Below are positions 47,425 to 55,536 of a stretch of 57,042 nt of DNA, piece by piece. Position numbers and translations under genes: made by a program. Under the pieces are notes generated by a model that saw nothing but the letters and a program-made list of their open reading frames with translations, had not been told where the DNA came from and made no database searches. Every line of letters starts with the position of its first letter. Position 1 is the first letter of the stretch. This DNA is from Ornithinibacter sp. (lineage in GTDB: Bacteria > Actinomycetota > Actinomycetes > Actinomycetales > Dermatophilaceae): positions 1 through 57,042 of the forward strand of contig JBDSNZ010000227.1 of the NCBI GenBank assembly GCA_039915055.1, written 5' to 3'.

Positions 47425-48624
47425 TCAGCGGAACGCGGACTCGCCCGTGAGGGCCTGACCGATGACCAGGGTGTGCATCTCGACGGTGCCCTCGTAGGTG
47501 AGCACGGACTCCAGGTTGTTGGCGTGGCGCATCACGGGATACTCCCCGCTGACGCCGTTGGCGCCCAAGATCGTTCGCGCCGTGCGGCAGATCTCGATCG
47601 CCTTGGAGATGTTGTTGTACTTCCCCACCGAGACCTGCTCCGGGCGCAGACCCACGGAGTCCTTGCGGCGGCCGAGGTGCAGGGCGAGCAGCTGGCCGAG
47701 CTGGAGCTCGGTCGCCATCGCCGCGAGCTTGGCCTGGGTCAGCTGGAAGCCGGCGATGGGCCGGCCGAACTGCACCCGCTCCATCGAGTAGCGACGGGCA
47801 GCGTCCAACGAGGACCGGGCCGCGCCGAGCGAGCCCCAGACGATGCCGTAGCGCGCTTCGGACAGGCACGACAGCGGGCCCTTGAGCCCGGTGACCTCCG
47901 GCAGCACGGCATCCGCCGGCAGCCTGAGGTTCTCCAAGGTCAGCTCGGAGGTGATCGAGGCGCGCAACGACATCTTGTGGGTGATCGTGTGGGCCGCGAA
48001 TCCCGGTGTGTCGGTGGGCACCACAAAACCTCGGATGCCGCCGTGCTCCTCACCGGCATTCGCCCAGACGACCGCGACATCGGCGATCGAGCCGTTGGTG
48101 ATCCACATCTTCGAGCCGTTGAGCACCCAGTCGTCCCCGTCTCGCCGGGCGCGGGTGCGCATGCCGGCCGGGTCGGAGCCGTGGTCGGGCTCGGTGAGGC
48201 CGAAGCAGCCGATCGCCTCGCCAGCGGCCATCCGCGGCAGCCACTCCTGCTTCTGCTCCTCCGAGCCGAAGCGCCAGATCGCGAACATCGCCAGGCTGCC
48301 CTGCACCGAGACCAGCGAACGGATGCCGGAGTCGCTCGCTTCCAGCTCCAGGCAGGCCAGGCCGTAGTCGACGCACGACATGCCGGCGCAGCCATAGCCG
48401 TCGAGATGCATGCCAAGCAGGCCGACCTTGCCGAACTCCTTGGCCAGCTCTCGGGCGACGGGCAGGTCACCCTGCTCGTACCACTGCATGACGTGCGGGT
48501 CGACGAGCTCGGCGCACACCTGGCGCACCGTCGCCCGGATCGCCTTCTCCTCATCGGTGAGCATCGAGTCGACGTCGATGAGGTCCAAGGGGTCGGTGGG
48601 GCGCTTGGGCATCGACGAGCTCAT
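47425..48624 (-). CDS. Acyl-CoA dehydrogenase (glutaryl-CoA dehydrogenase-like)
   Basis: GCFGLTEPDHGSDP, GSKMWITN, LTYEGTVEMH. Confidence 0.92.
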   Translation of the reverse strand: MSSSMPKRPTDPLDLIDVDSMLTDEEKAIRATVRQVCAELVDPHVMQWYEQGDLPVARELAKEFGKVGLLGMHLDGYGCAGMSCVDYGLACLELEASDSGIRSLVSVQGSLAMFAIWRFGSEEQKQEWLPRMAAGEAIGCFGLTEPDHGSDPAGMRTRARRDGDDWVLNGSKMWITNGSIADVAVVWANAGEEHGGIRGFVVPTDTPGFAAHTITHKMSLRASITSELTLENLRLPADAVLPEVTGLKGPLSCLSEARYGIVWGSLGAARSSLDAARRYSMERVQFGRPIAGFQLTQAKLAAMATELQLGQLLALHLGRRKDSVGLRPEQVSVGKYNNISKAIEICRTARTILGANGVSGEYPVMRHANNLESVLTYEGTVEMHTLVIGQALTGESAFR

Positions 48625-49000
48625 GGACACCATCATGGACTGTCCGTGCCGGATGTGCCGTCACGCGGGGAGGGCGCGGTCGGCCGTTCGACGGCCACAC
48701 CCGGGTCGCACTCGCTGCACCCTTCCCGGTGGGGAGTCGGAAACGCCGCGCCCCGGGCCGCGTTCTCCGCCGCACGGTAAACCGTTCGAAAATTCTCTCG
48801 GTCCAGCGGTTGCAGGCTCTCCAGCCCGGCCCTATTGTCATCCCTGTTCGGGCCGAAGGGGCGGGCTGAACGGGGGACCTTCTTTCGCACTTCGAGTGAC
48901 TGTTCCATGTCCATTCAAGGGATTTCCATTCCATTCGACATCACACTGAGGAGTAGAGACAGTTCGAGTCGCTGCTGCTGCACTCGTTGCCGCAGGAGCC

Positions 49001-49465
49001 ATGATGATTTCTCCGAACGCGTGGGCATCGTCGCCGAGCGGTGACCAGCTTTCGCCGGACCAGCGATCCACGATCAACAACCTGAACACGCCGGCCACCG
49101 TCAGCAGTCTGGGCTCGAGCAAGCCGAAGGGGAGTTCCGCAACGCCCGCCTCCTCGAAGCGACTCAGCCTCTACCGGGGTAGCTTCCTCATGTGGGCTCG
49201 CGACACCGCGACGTGGTACTACGACTACAGCAGGGTCAACTCCAGCACGCTGTGGCAGGAGGCCGGGTACGTCTTCCCCAACACCTCCCAGGCCAAGGGA
49301 ACCAGCCGGTACTACACGGCCACGACGAAGCACTCCTGGCGTGGGCGCTACACCATCGGGGCAGGGACCACCACGCCATGGGGATCGGTGAACCTCTACG
49401 CGGCCGACTACTCCACCGATTGGCAGCCGTACCGTAACGGAGCCGGTACGGGACAGTGGAACTGA
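49001..49465 (+). CDS. Putative secreted protein, bacteriocin/toxin-like (true start probably upstream)
   Basis: W/Y/T/S-rich ORF; in-frame upstream codons VRVAAAALVAAGA form a signal-peptide h-region ending at AWA. Confidence 0.7.
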   Translation: MMISPNAWASSPSGDQLSPDQRSTINNLNTPATVSSLGSSKPKGSSATPASSKRLSLYRGSFLMWARDTATWYYDYSRVNSSTLWQEAGYVFPNTSQAKGTSRYYTATTKHSWRGRYTIGAGTTTPWGSVNLYAADYSTDWQPYRNGAGTGQWN

Positions 49466-49479
49466 CCGTCCGATGACCC

Positions 49480-49519
49480 GGGGTGGGGGCCTCTTTTCCT
49501 CGGAAAGAGGCCCCACCCC
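49480..49519 (+). terminator. Intra-operon stem-loop after the secreted-protein gene
   Basis: GGGGTGGGGGCCTCTTTTCC / GGAAAGAGGCCCCACCCC. Confidence 0.75.
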
Positions 49520-49540
49520 ACCGCCGACCAAAGGAGCGTC

Positions 49541-50203
49541 GTGATCACCGTCGACAACCTCACCAAGAAGTATGCCGGTGTCGTCCTGGATGACTTCACC
49601 TGGGAATTCTCGAGGTCCTCGGTCACGGCCGTTGTGGGCCCGAATGGAACCGGGAAGACCACGCTGTTCAAGTGTGTCCTCGGGCTCGAGCGCTATCACG
49701 GCACGATTCTTTTCGACGGTCGCCCTCTCGAGGAGGTTCGCGACCGCGTGGTCTCGGTCTTCGACGACGCGCCGCTCTACACCCATCTCTCCGGCAGGGA
49801 CAACCTTAGGTACTTCCTCCCTGACCGCGCTGTCAGTGCGCGTGGGCACTACGCGGACCTGCTCGTGGGCCCGGACGGCCGGTGGCTCCAGCAGCGGGTC
49901 GGGTCCATGTCCCACGGCCAGCGCAAGCGGCTGGCCGTGCTCATCGCCCTCGGCAGCGACCCGCTGTACGTCGTGCTCGACGAGGTCTCGAACGGAATCG
50001 ACGTCCTCGCCCTCGACGGCTTGGCGGCAGCAGTCGCCGAGATCTCGTCCGTGGCGACGGTGATCGTCTCCGGGCACGATCTCGGCTTCCTCGCCACCAT
50101 GGCCCAGCGGTCCGTCGCGATCGTGGACGGCGTTGCACACGAGGTGGCTCGTCCCGGGTCGCAGTTCACACTGGAGCAGGAGTACCGCCGTGTCTATGGA
50201 TGA
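49541..50203 (+). CDS. ABC transporter ATP-binding protein
   Basis: GPNGTGKTT, MSHGQ, VVLDE, SGHD; SD AAGGAG. Confidence 0.9.
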   Translation: MITVDNLTKKYAGVVLDDFTWEFSRSSVTAVVGPNGTGKTTLFKCVLGLERYHGTILFDGRPLEEVRDRVVSVFDDAPLYTHLSGRDNLRYFLPDRAVSARGHYADLLVGPDGRWLQQRVGSMSHGQRKRLAVLIALGSDPLYVVLDEVSNGIDVLALDGLAAAVAEISSVATVIVSGHDLGFLATMAQRSVAIVDGVAHEVARPGSQFTLEQEYRRVYG

Positions 50204-51131
50204 GATCAAGAGCGAAGTCGGATACCAGGTGCGTTCGCGATACCTGCTCTACTGCTCCCTGCTCACGAGCGCCGTCGCCCTGATGTCCTCATGGAACCTG
50301 GTGGGCCGGGCGAACAGCCTGTACGCCCAGTTCCTCCGGACCGTCGAGGAGTCAGGCCAGCAGGGCATCACCTTGGACGCCGCACTGGCGCAGCCACTCT
50401 CGGTCCAGGAGCAGGGCCCGGGCGAGCTCCTCATCGACAACGTCCTGCGATACGACTTCGAGACGAGCGCGTCAGCGGTCCACAACCTCGGCCCCACGGC
50501 CTTCGCCACCAACTTCCTGCAGCTCGCGACCTTCGTCGCAGTCCCGGCGTTCGCCTTCATCCTCGGATGCTCGGTGCTCTCCCGTGACGCTCGGATGGCG
50601 GTGCTGAAGGCCCGAGTCATTCGCGTGGGGGCCCTTCGGCTGCACAGCACCCAGGCCGTGGTCACGGTCCTCGTCGCCCTCGGATCAGTCCTCGTCGGTC
50701 TCGTCGTGGCCATGGTCTCCGGCCTGGCCTTCCGACAGGTCCAGCTACAGGTCGACGACGCGCGCATCCTCGACGCGCCGGCTGCCGGCATCCCCCTCAG
50801 TGAGCTCGCTGCAAGCCTGGGCCTGGCGGCACTGGTCACGGCCTACTTCGCGCTCGTCGGCGCGGCCTTCGGCGTCGCCCTCCGCCATGTCCTCATCCCG
50901 GCGATCGCCTTCGCGGTCTGGAACACCGCAGTGCCGATGCTCGGCCCGTGGGACCCCCGGGTGCCGTGGGCGAGCCTGGGACAACGGGTCTTCGACTTCC
51001 AGGGGTCGTTCCAGCTGTCGGTGCCCTTCAGCCTGGGGACGACGGCATCCGCCGCCTACCTCTGCCTGCTCGCAGCCATCGTGGGCCTGGGTGCCTTCGC
51101 CCTGGCCAGGCGAAAGAGCCTGTACGCATGA
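50196..51131 (+). CDS. ABC-2-type exporter/immunity permease
   Basis: One TM, an extracellular loop, then ~5 TMs; overlaps the ATPase stop. Confidence 0.8.
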   Translation: MDEIKSEVGYQVRSRYLLYCSLLTSAVALMSSWNLVGRANSLYAQFLRTVEESGQQGITLDAALAQPLSVQEQGPGELLIDNVLRYDFETSASAVHNLGPTAFATNFLQLATFVAVPAFAFILGCSVLSRDARMAVLKARVIRVGALRLHSTQAVVTVLVALGSVLVGLVVAMVSGLAFRQVQLQVDDARILDAPAAGIPLSELAASLGLAALVTAYFALVGAAFGVALRHVLIPAIAFAVWNTAVPMLGPWDPRVPWASLGQRVFDFQGSFQLSVPFSLGTTASAAYLCLLAAIVGLGAFALARRKSLYA

Positions 51132-51176
51132 TGCGGCGCCAGGACGGCCCACCGTCGGTTGTGAGGCGCGGGGCTG

Positions 51177-52397
51177 ATGCTGTCACTCCTCGGCCTGGTC
51201 GCCTCCGCCCTCGTCGGGCCGACCGCCGAGGTGGCTCAGGCCGCGCAGCGGCCGCACACCGAGTTCACCTGCCAGGCTCCGCCATCGAGCTCATCGGCCC
51301 GCTGCCTGGTGCGACAGTGGCAGGACTCCGCAGGGCGCAGCGTCGGGCCCGCCGACGTCCCGGGGACACCCCTGGAGTCGGTCGACATCCGTGACGCCTA
51401 CAACCTGGACGGCACCAGCGCCCGGGGTCGAGCCGTGGCGATCGTGGCCGCAAGGGGCTACCCGGACCTCGAGGCCGACCTGGCCGTGTATCGCGCGGCG
51501 CAAGGGCTGCCCGCGTGCACCGCAGGCGGCGGATGCCTGCGGGTCGTCAACCAGCGTGGCGGAACTGATCCTCCTCCGGTGCTGGAAGGGTGGCCGGTGG
51601 AGCAGGCTCTCGACGTCGACGCCGTGTCAGCCACGTGCCCCGACTGCCAGATCGTCGTGGTCCAGGCCGACACGGCCGACATCGCCGACCTCGGCCGGTC
51701 GGTCGTCACCGCGGCCGGGATGGAGGCTGTCGTGGCCATCTCGAACTCCTACACGACGCGCTTGGACCAGTCGGACCGCAAGTACGGGGCGCTGTTCCAC
51801 CACCCGGGGATCGCTGTCACCGCTGCTGCCGGGGACGACGGTCCCGGCAGGCCGGGGTACCCGGCGTCTTCGACGTTCGTGACCGCTGTGGGAGGGACCC
51901 TGCTGCTGCGAGCGCCGGCGACGGCGCGGGGCTGGACGGAGGCCGCGTGGAGCGGGACGGGTGCCGGCTGTTCGAAGAAGAACAGTCCCCTCCAGGGACA
52001 GCTGTCCCTCGTGACGGCATGCCGCGGACGAGCCGTCGCCGACGTCGCCGCTGTGGCCGACCCCTCGAGCGGGCTCGCCGTCTTCGGCCCGACCGAGTCC
52101 GGATCAGCGTGGATGGTCCTGGGCGGCACCTCACTGTCGTCACCCATCATCGCGTCGGTCTACGCGCTCGCAGGCGCCCCCGGAGACACGCCGAACGAGA
52201 GCCCATACCTGGCCCCTGACAACTCCGTCAACGACATCACCGGGCCCCCGGAGCCGGGCTGCACCTCCGTCCTGTGCGCCGCGGGCGTCGGCTGGGACGG
52301 TCTCACCGGACTCGGCACCCCCGACGGGCTGGGGGCCTTCGTCGCCCGGTTGAGCGACACACGCCCGGATGGGACGAACGAGCCCCGCGCTCGCTGA
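51177..52397 (+). CDS. Secreted S53 (sedolisin-like) serine peptidase
   Basis: EQALD (ExxxD), AAAGDDG, GGTSLSSP, GWDGLTGLGTP; hydrophobic N-terminus ending AQA. Confidence 0.88.
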   Translation: MLSLLGLVASALVGPTAEVAQAAQRPHTEFTCQAPPSSSSARCLVRQWQDSAGRSVGPADVPGTPLESVDIRDAYNLDGTSARGRAVAIVAARGYPDLEADLAVYRAAQGLPACTAGGGCLRVVNQRGGTDPPPVLEGWPVEQALDVDAVSATCPDCQIVVVQADTADIADLGRSVVTAAGMEAVVAISNSYTTRLDQSDRKYGALFHHPGIAVTAAAGDDGPGRPGYPASSTFVTAVGGTLLLRAPATARGWTEAAWSGTGAGCSKKNSPLQGQLSLVTACRGRAVADVAAVADPSSGLAVFGPTESGSAWMVLGGTSLSSPIIASVYALAGAPGDTPNESPYLAPDNSVNDITGPPEPGCTSVLCAAGVGWDGLTGLGTPDGLGAFVARLSDTRPDGTNEPRAR

Positions 52398-52424
52398 TGT
52401 CGAGGATGCTGCTCCGGCTCCGTC
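52398..52424 (+). promoter_or_regulatory. ECF42-type promoter
   Basis: TGTCGA-N17-CGTC upstream of the YciI/DGPF gene. Confidence 0.7.
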
Positions 52425-52473
52425 CCAGGGGTGGCGCCACCACAATGGTGCGCACGAACGACGGGAGAAGATC

Positions 52474-52881
52474 ATGGCGAAGTACCTGATGCTCAAGCAC
52501 TACCGAGGTGGCCCCGCGGCCATCAACGACGTCCCCATGAGCGAGTGGACCTCGCAGGAGGTCGACGACCACGTGAAATTCATGGACGACTTCGCCGACG
52601 AGCTGCGCGAGAGCGGGGAGTTCGTCGACGCCCAGGCCCTCTCGCCGGACGGGATGTGGGTGCGCTTCGACGGGGAGGGCGCGCCGCCTGTCGTCGACGG
52701 CCCGTTCGCGGAGACCAAGGACCTCATCGCCGGCTGGATGGTCATCGACGTCGACTCACGCGACCGCGCGGTGGAGCTGGCCGGGAAGCTGTCGGCGGCC
52801 CCGGCCGCTGGCGGGCGACCCCTGGGCGAGTGGCTCGAGCTGCGGCCCTTCCTCGACGACCGCCCCAACGCCGCCGAGTGA
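52474..52881 (+). CDS. YciI/DGPF-family protein
   Basis: VVDGPFAETKDLIAGW motif. Confidence 0.92.
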   Translation: MAKYLMLKHYRGGPAAINDVPMSEWTSQEVDDHVKFMDDFADELRESGEFVDAQALSPDGMWVRFDGEGAPPVVDGPFAETKDLIAGWMVIDVDSRDRAVELAGKLSAAPAAGGRPLGEWLELRPFLDDRPNAAE

Positions 52882-54200
52882 CCGCAGCGGGCGTCGACGA
52901 GTCAGTCGTCAGGGACGTCGTGCCCTCGGTGCTCGGCATCCTCGTCCGGCGCGGTGTGGACTTCGCATCGGCCGAGGATGCCGTGCAGGAGGCCCTGGTC
53001 TCGGCGTTCGAGACCTGGCCGGAGCGTCCGCCACGCGACCCCAAGGCCTGGCTCGTCACGGCATCCTGGCGGCGCCACCTGGACCACGTGCGGGCCGACG
53101 GTGCCAGGCGTGCCCGGGAGGAGCGGCGCCTGGCGGAGCCGGACGCCGGCCCGGCGCAGCAGGCCGACGACACCCTGCGGCTGTACTTCCTCTGCGCGCA
53201 TCCGTCGCTCAGCCCGTCGGCGGCCGTGGCGCTCACCCTGCGGGCCCTCGGCGGCCTGACGACACGCCAGATCGCGTCGGCCCACCTGGTGCCCGAGGCG
53301 ACGATGGCCCAGCGGATCAGCCGGGCCAAGCGCACGCTCGCCCAGGGGCGGCTCGACGCCCCGGGGGGCCTGGGCACCGTCATGCGGGTGCTCTACCTGG
53401 TGTTCAACGAGGGCTACGGCGGTGACGTCGACCTGGCCGCCGAGGCGATCCGGCTCACGAGGCAGCTGCGGTCCCTCACCGACGAGCCGGAGGTGTCGGG
53501 CCTCCTGGCCCTGTTCCTGCTGACTCACGCCCGTCGCGACGCCCGCAGCGGCGAGCACGGGGTGCTGGTGCCACTGGCCGATCAGGACAGGTCGCTGTGG
53601 CGGCCCGACCTCGTCGCCGAAGGCGTGTTCGTGCTCCAGGGGGCCCTGGCCCGGGACCGGCTCGGGGAGTACCAGGCGCAGGCCGCGATCGCCGCGCTGC
53701 ACGCCGACGCTGCCACCGTGGAGGAGACCGACTGGGTGCAGATCCGGGAGTGGTACGACGAGCTGGTGGCCATCACGGGGAGCCCGGTGCACCGGCTCAA
53801 CCGTGCGGTCGCCGTGGGCGAGGCCGACGGCGCCGAGGCCGGGCTCGACGCCCTCGCCGAGCTCGACCCGGCTCTTGCCCGATACACCGCGGTGTCGGCC
53901 CACCTGCACGAGAAGGCCGGGGATCTCGAGGCCGCCGGCCGGCTCTATCGTGAGGCAGCCGCCGCGGCGACCTCCGTCGGCGAGCGGGACCACCTCACCC
54001 GCCAAGCCGCCCGCCTCCACCACCTCCTCTCCCCTCCGCGGAGCGGGTGTGGGGATGCCGGCCGGTCAGCGGGCGGAGGCGGAGCCGAGCAGGGCAGCCA
54101 GGCCCAGGGCGCTGCGCGGGTCGTAGGCCGAGCGCCACAGGCCACCGTGTGCGGCGGCATACGCCTCGTCCTGCCAGGGGTGCTCCTGCGCGGGAGGTGA
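52878..54200 (+). CDS. ECF42-type sigma factor with TPR-like C-terminal extension
   Basis: AEDAVQEAL, EATMAQRISRAK, LYLVFNEGY, YQAQAAIAALH, LNRAVA; GTGA-coupled to yciI. Confidence 0.9.
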   Translation: MTAAGVDESVVRDVVPSVLGILVRRGVDFASAEDAVQEALVSAFETWPERPPRDPKAWLVTASWRRHLDHVRADGARRAREERRLAEPDAGPAQQADDTLRLYFLCAHPSLSPSAAVALTLRALGGLTTRQIASAHLVPEATMAQRISRAKRTLAQGRLDAPGGLGTVMRVLYLVFNEGYGGDVDLAAEAIRLTRQLRSLTDEPEVSGLLALFLLTHARRDARSGEHGVLVPLADQDRSLWRPDLVAEGVFVLQGALARDRLGEYQAQAAIAALHADAATVEETDWVQIREWYDELVAITGSPVHRLNRAVAVGEADGAEAGLDALAELDPALARYTAVSAHLHEKAGDLEAAGRLYREAAAAATSVGERDHLTRQAARLHHLLSPPRSGCGDAGRSAGGGGAEQGSQAQGAARVVGRAPQATVCGGIRLVLPGVLLRGR

Positions 54201-55532
54201 CGCCATGAGGTCGTGGACCAGGAGGGCAGCCATCAGCGTGTTGGCGGTGCCCGGCTCGAAGACCTCGACGCCGAACCGGTGCGCCCCGGCATACGCAGCA
54301 GCGAGCGCGCGGTTCTTCAGCACCGACCTGGTGCGGGTGGGAGGCGCCACCTTGAACGAGACCTGGGCGCCCTCGGCGCGGGCAGCGGTTGCCCGCCAAC
54401 GCTGGATCCGCTTGGCGAGAAGGTAGTTCGGCCCCTGCTGGAGCACCACGGAGTCGTTGATGCCCGGGTCCTCACCCGGGACGTAGTTGCGCCTCAGCAG
54501 GCGGCCCCCGGAGAGGGTGCGCAGCGGGACCCGCAACACCTTGGACGTTCGGCGCCTGGCGTAGCTCTCGGTGGCGGCATCGACTGCCTCACGGGGCACC
54601 GCGAAGATGTCGGTCGGGGTCGCGAGGAAGGACAGGGCCGTGTTGGACCGGGATTGGCGCACGTGCTGGGTGAGCGCGTCGACCGCCGTGCTGACCCGCA
54701 CGTTGGTCGCGCCGTCGGCGTAGACGTAGTTGCCGATGACCAAGCTCCCCTCGAGGCCGCTCACCCAGGCGGTCGCCGTCGGGAGGTCGTGGATGAGGTC
54801 GACACCGGCCCGCTCCGAGAGGGGCCGGGTGCCGGGCGAGACAGGGAGCAGCAGGCGGCCCGGTGAGTCCGCGGTCTCCTCGAGCAGCCGAACCCAGACG
54901 TCTGGGCGAGGGAGGTCCAGGGCCGCGACGGTTCCGCCCCAGCGAAGGAGCGAGCGCAGTGGGCCCATCTCGGCGGCGGCACCCAGCACGACGACGGTTC
55001 GCCCCTCGAGGCGGAGCATCTCGGGGTGGTCCAGCACCGTGCCGACGGCCTCGCGCAGGCTCGGCTCCACGGTGCCCTGCTCCACCCACGTGTCGAGTTG
55101 GCGACGCAGGTCGTCGCCCGCCAGCCGCCGACCCCGATAGGGAATGGTCAGGGCGGTGTCGGGGCCGCCCGCACCACCGAGCTCCTCGGTGGCGAGGGTG
55201 TTTGTGGGGCTGCCCGCCGCGCCACCCAGCGCCGCGTCGAGCGTCACCTCACAGCCGTCGGGGTCCGCCCAGACCATCCGTGAGTGCAGTGATTCCAGCC
55301 CTGCTTCGGCGATCGAGCGGGCGTCGGAGTAGCTCGGCAGCCCCGCCTCGACGAGCCGCCGGAAGTGCGTGACATAGCCACTGCGCCAGTTCGTTTCGCG
55401 ATGTGCTGCAGCTGATCCGACGGGGTCGACCTGCGCGAGCGCGTCAGCGACGACGGCACGCCCCGTGGCCGCGGTGGACCTGCGCCCGTCGGTCTCCGGG
55501 AAGAGGACGCCCGTGGTGTCGGTGCCCGGCAT
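54066..55532 (-). CDS. Hypothetical protein with Rossmann-like motif
   Basis: 488 aa ORF starting 4 nt after the E2 stop; VVVLGAAAEMGP, QQGPNYLLAKRIQRWRA. Confidence 0.75.
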   Translation of the reverse strand: MPGTDTTGVLFPETDGRRSTAATGRAVVADALAQVDPVGSAAAHRETNWRSGYVTHFRRLVEAGLPSYSDARSIAEAGLESLHSRMVWADPDGCEVTLDAALGGAAGSPTNTLATEELGGAGGPDTALTIPYRGRRLAGDDLRRQLDTWVEQGTVEPSLREAVGTVLDHPEMLRLEGRTVVVLGAAAEMGPLRSLLRWGGTVAALDLPRPDVWVRLLEETADSPGRLLLPVSPGTRPLSERAGVDLIHDLPTATAWVSGLEGSLVIGNYVYADGATNVRVSTAVDALTQHVRQSRSNTALSFLATPTDIFAVPREAVDAATESYARRRTSKVLRVPLRTLSGGRLLRRNYVPGEDPGINDSVVLQQGPNYLLAKRIQRWRATAARAEGAQVSFKVAPPTRTRSVLKNRALAAAYAGAHRFGVEVFEPGTANTLMAALLVHDLMASPPAQEHPWQDEAYAAAHGGLWRSAYDPRSALGLAALLGSASAR

Positions 55533-55536
55533 CCGC

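Noticed and set aside
48969-48992. Cys-rich peptide (RCCCTRCRR) as a RiPP or metallothionein
   Set aside because: It is the alternate-frame reading of the GCT-repeat Ala codons of the signal-peptide h-region.
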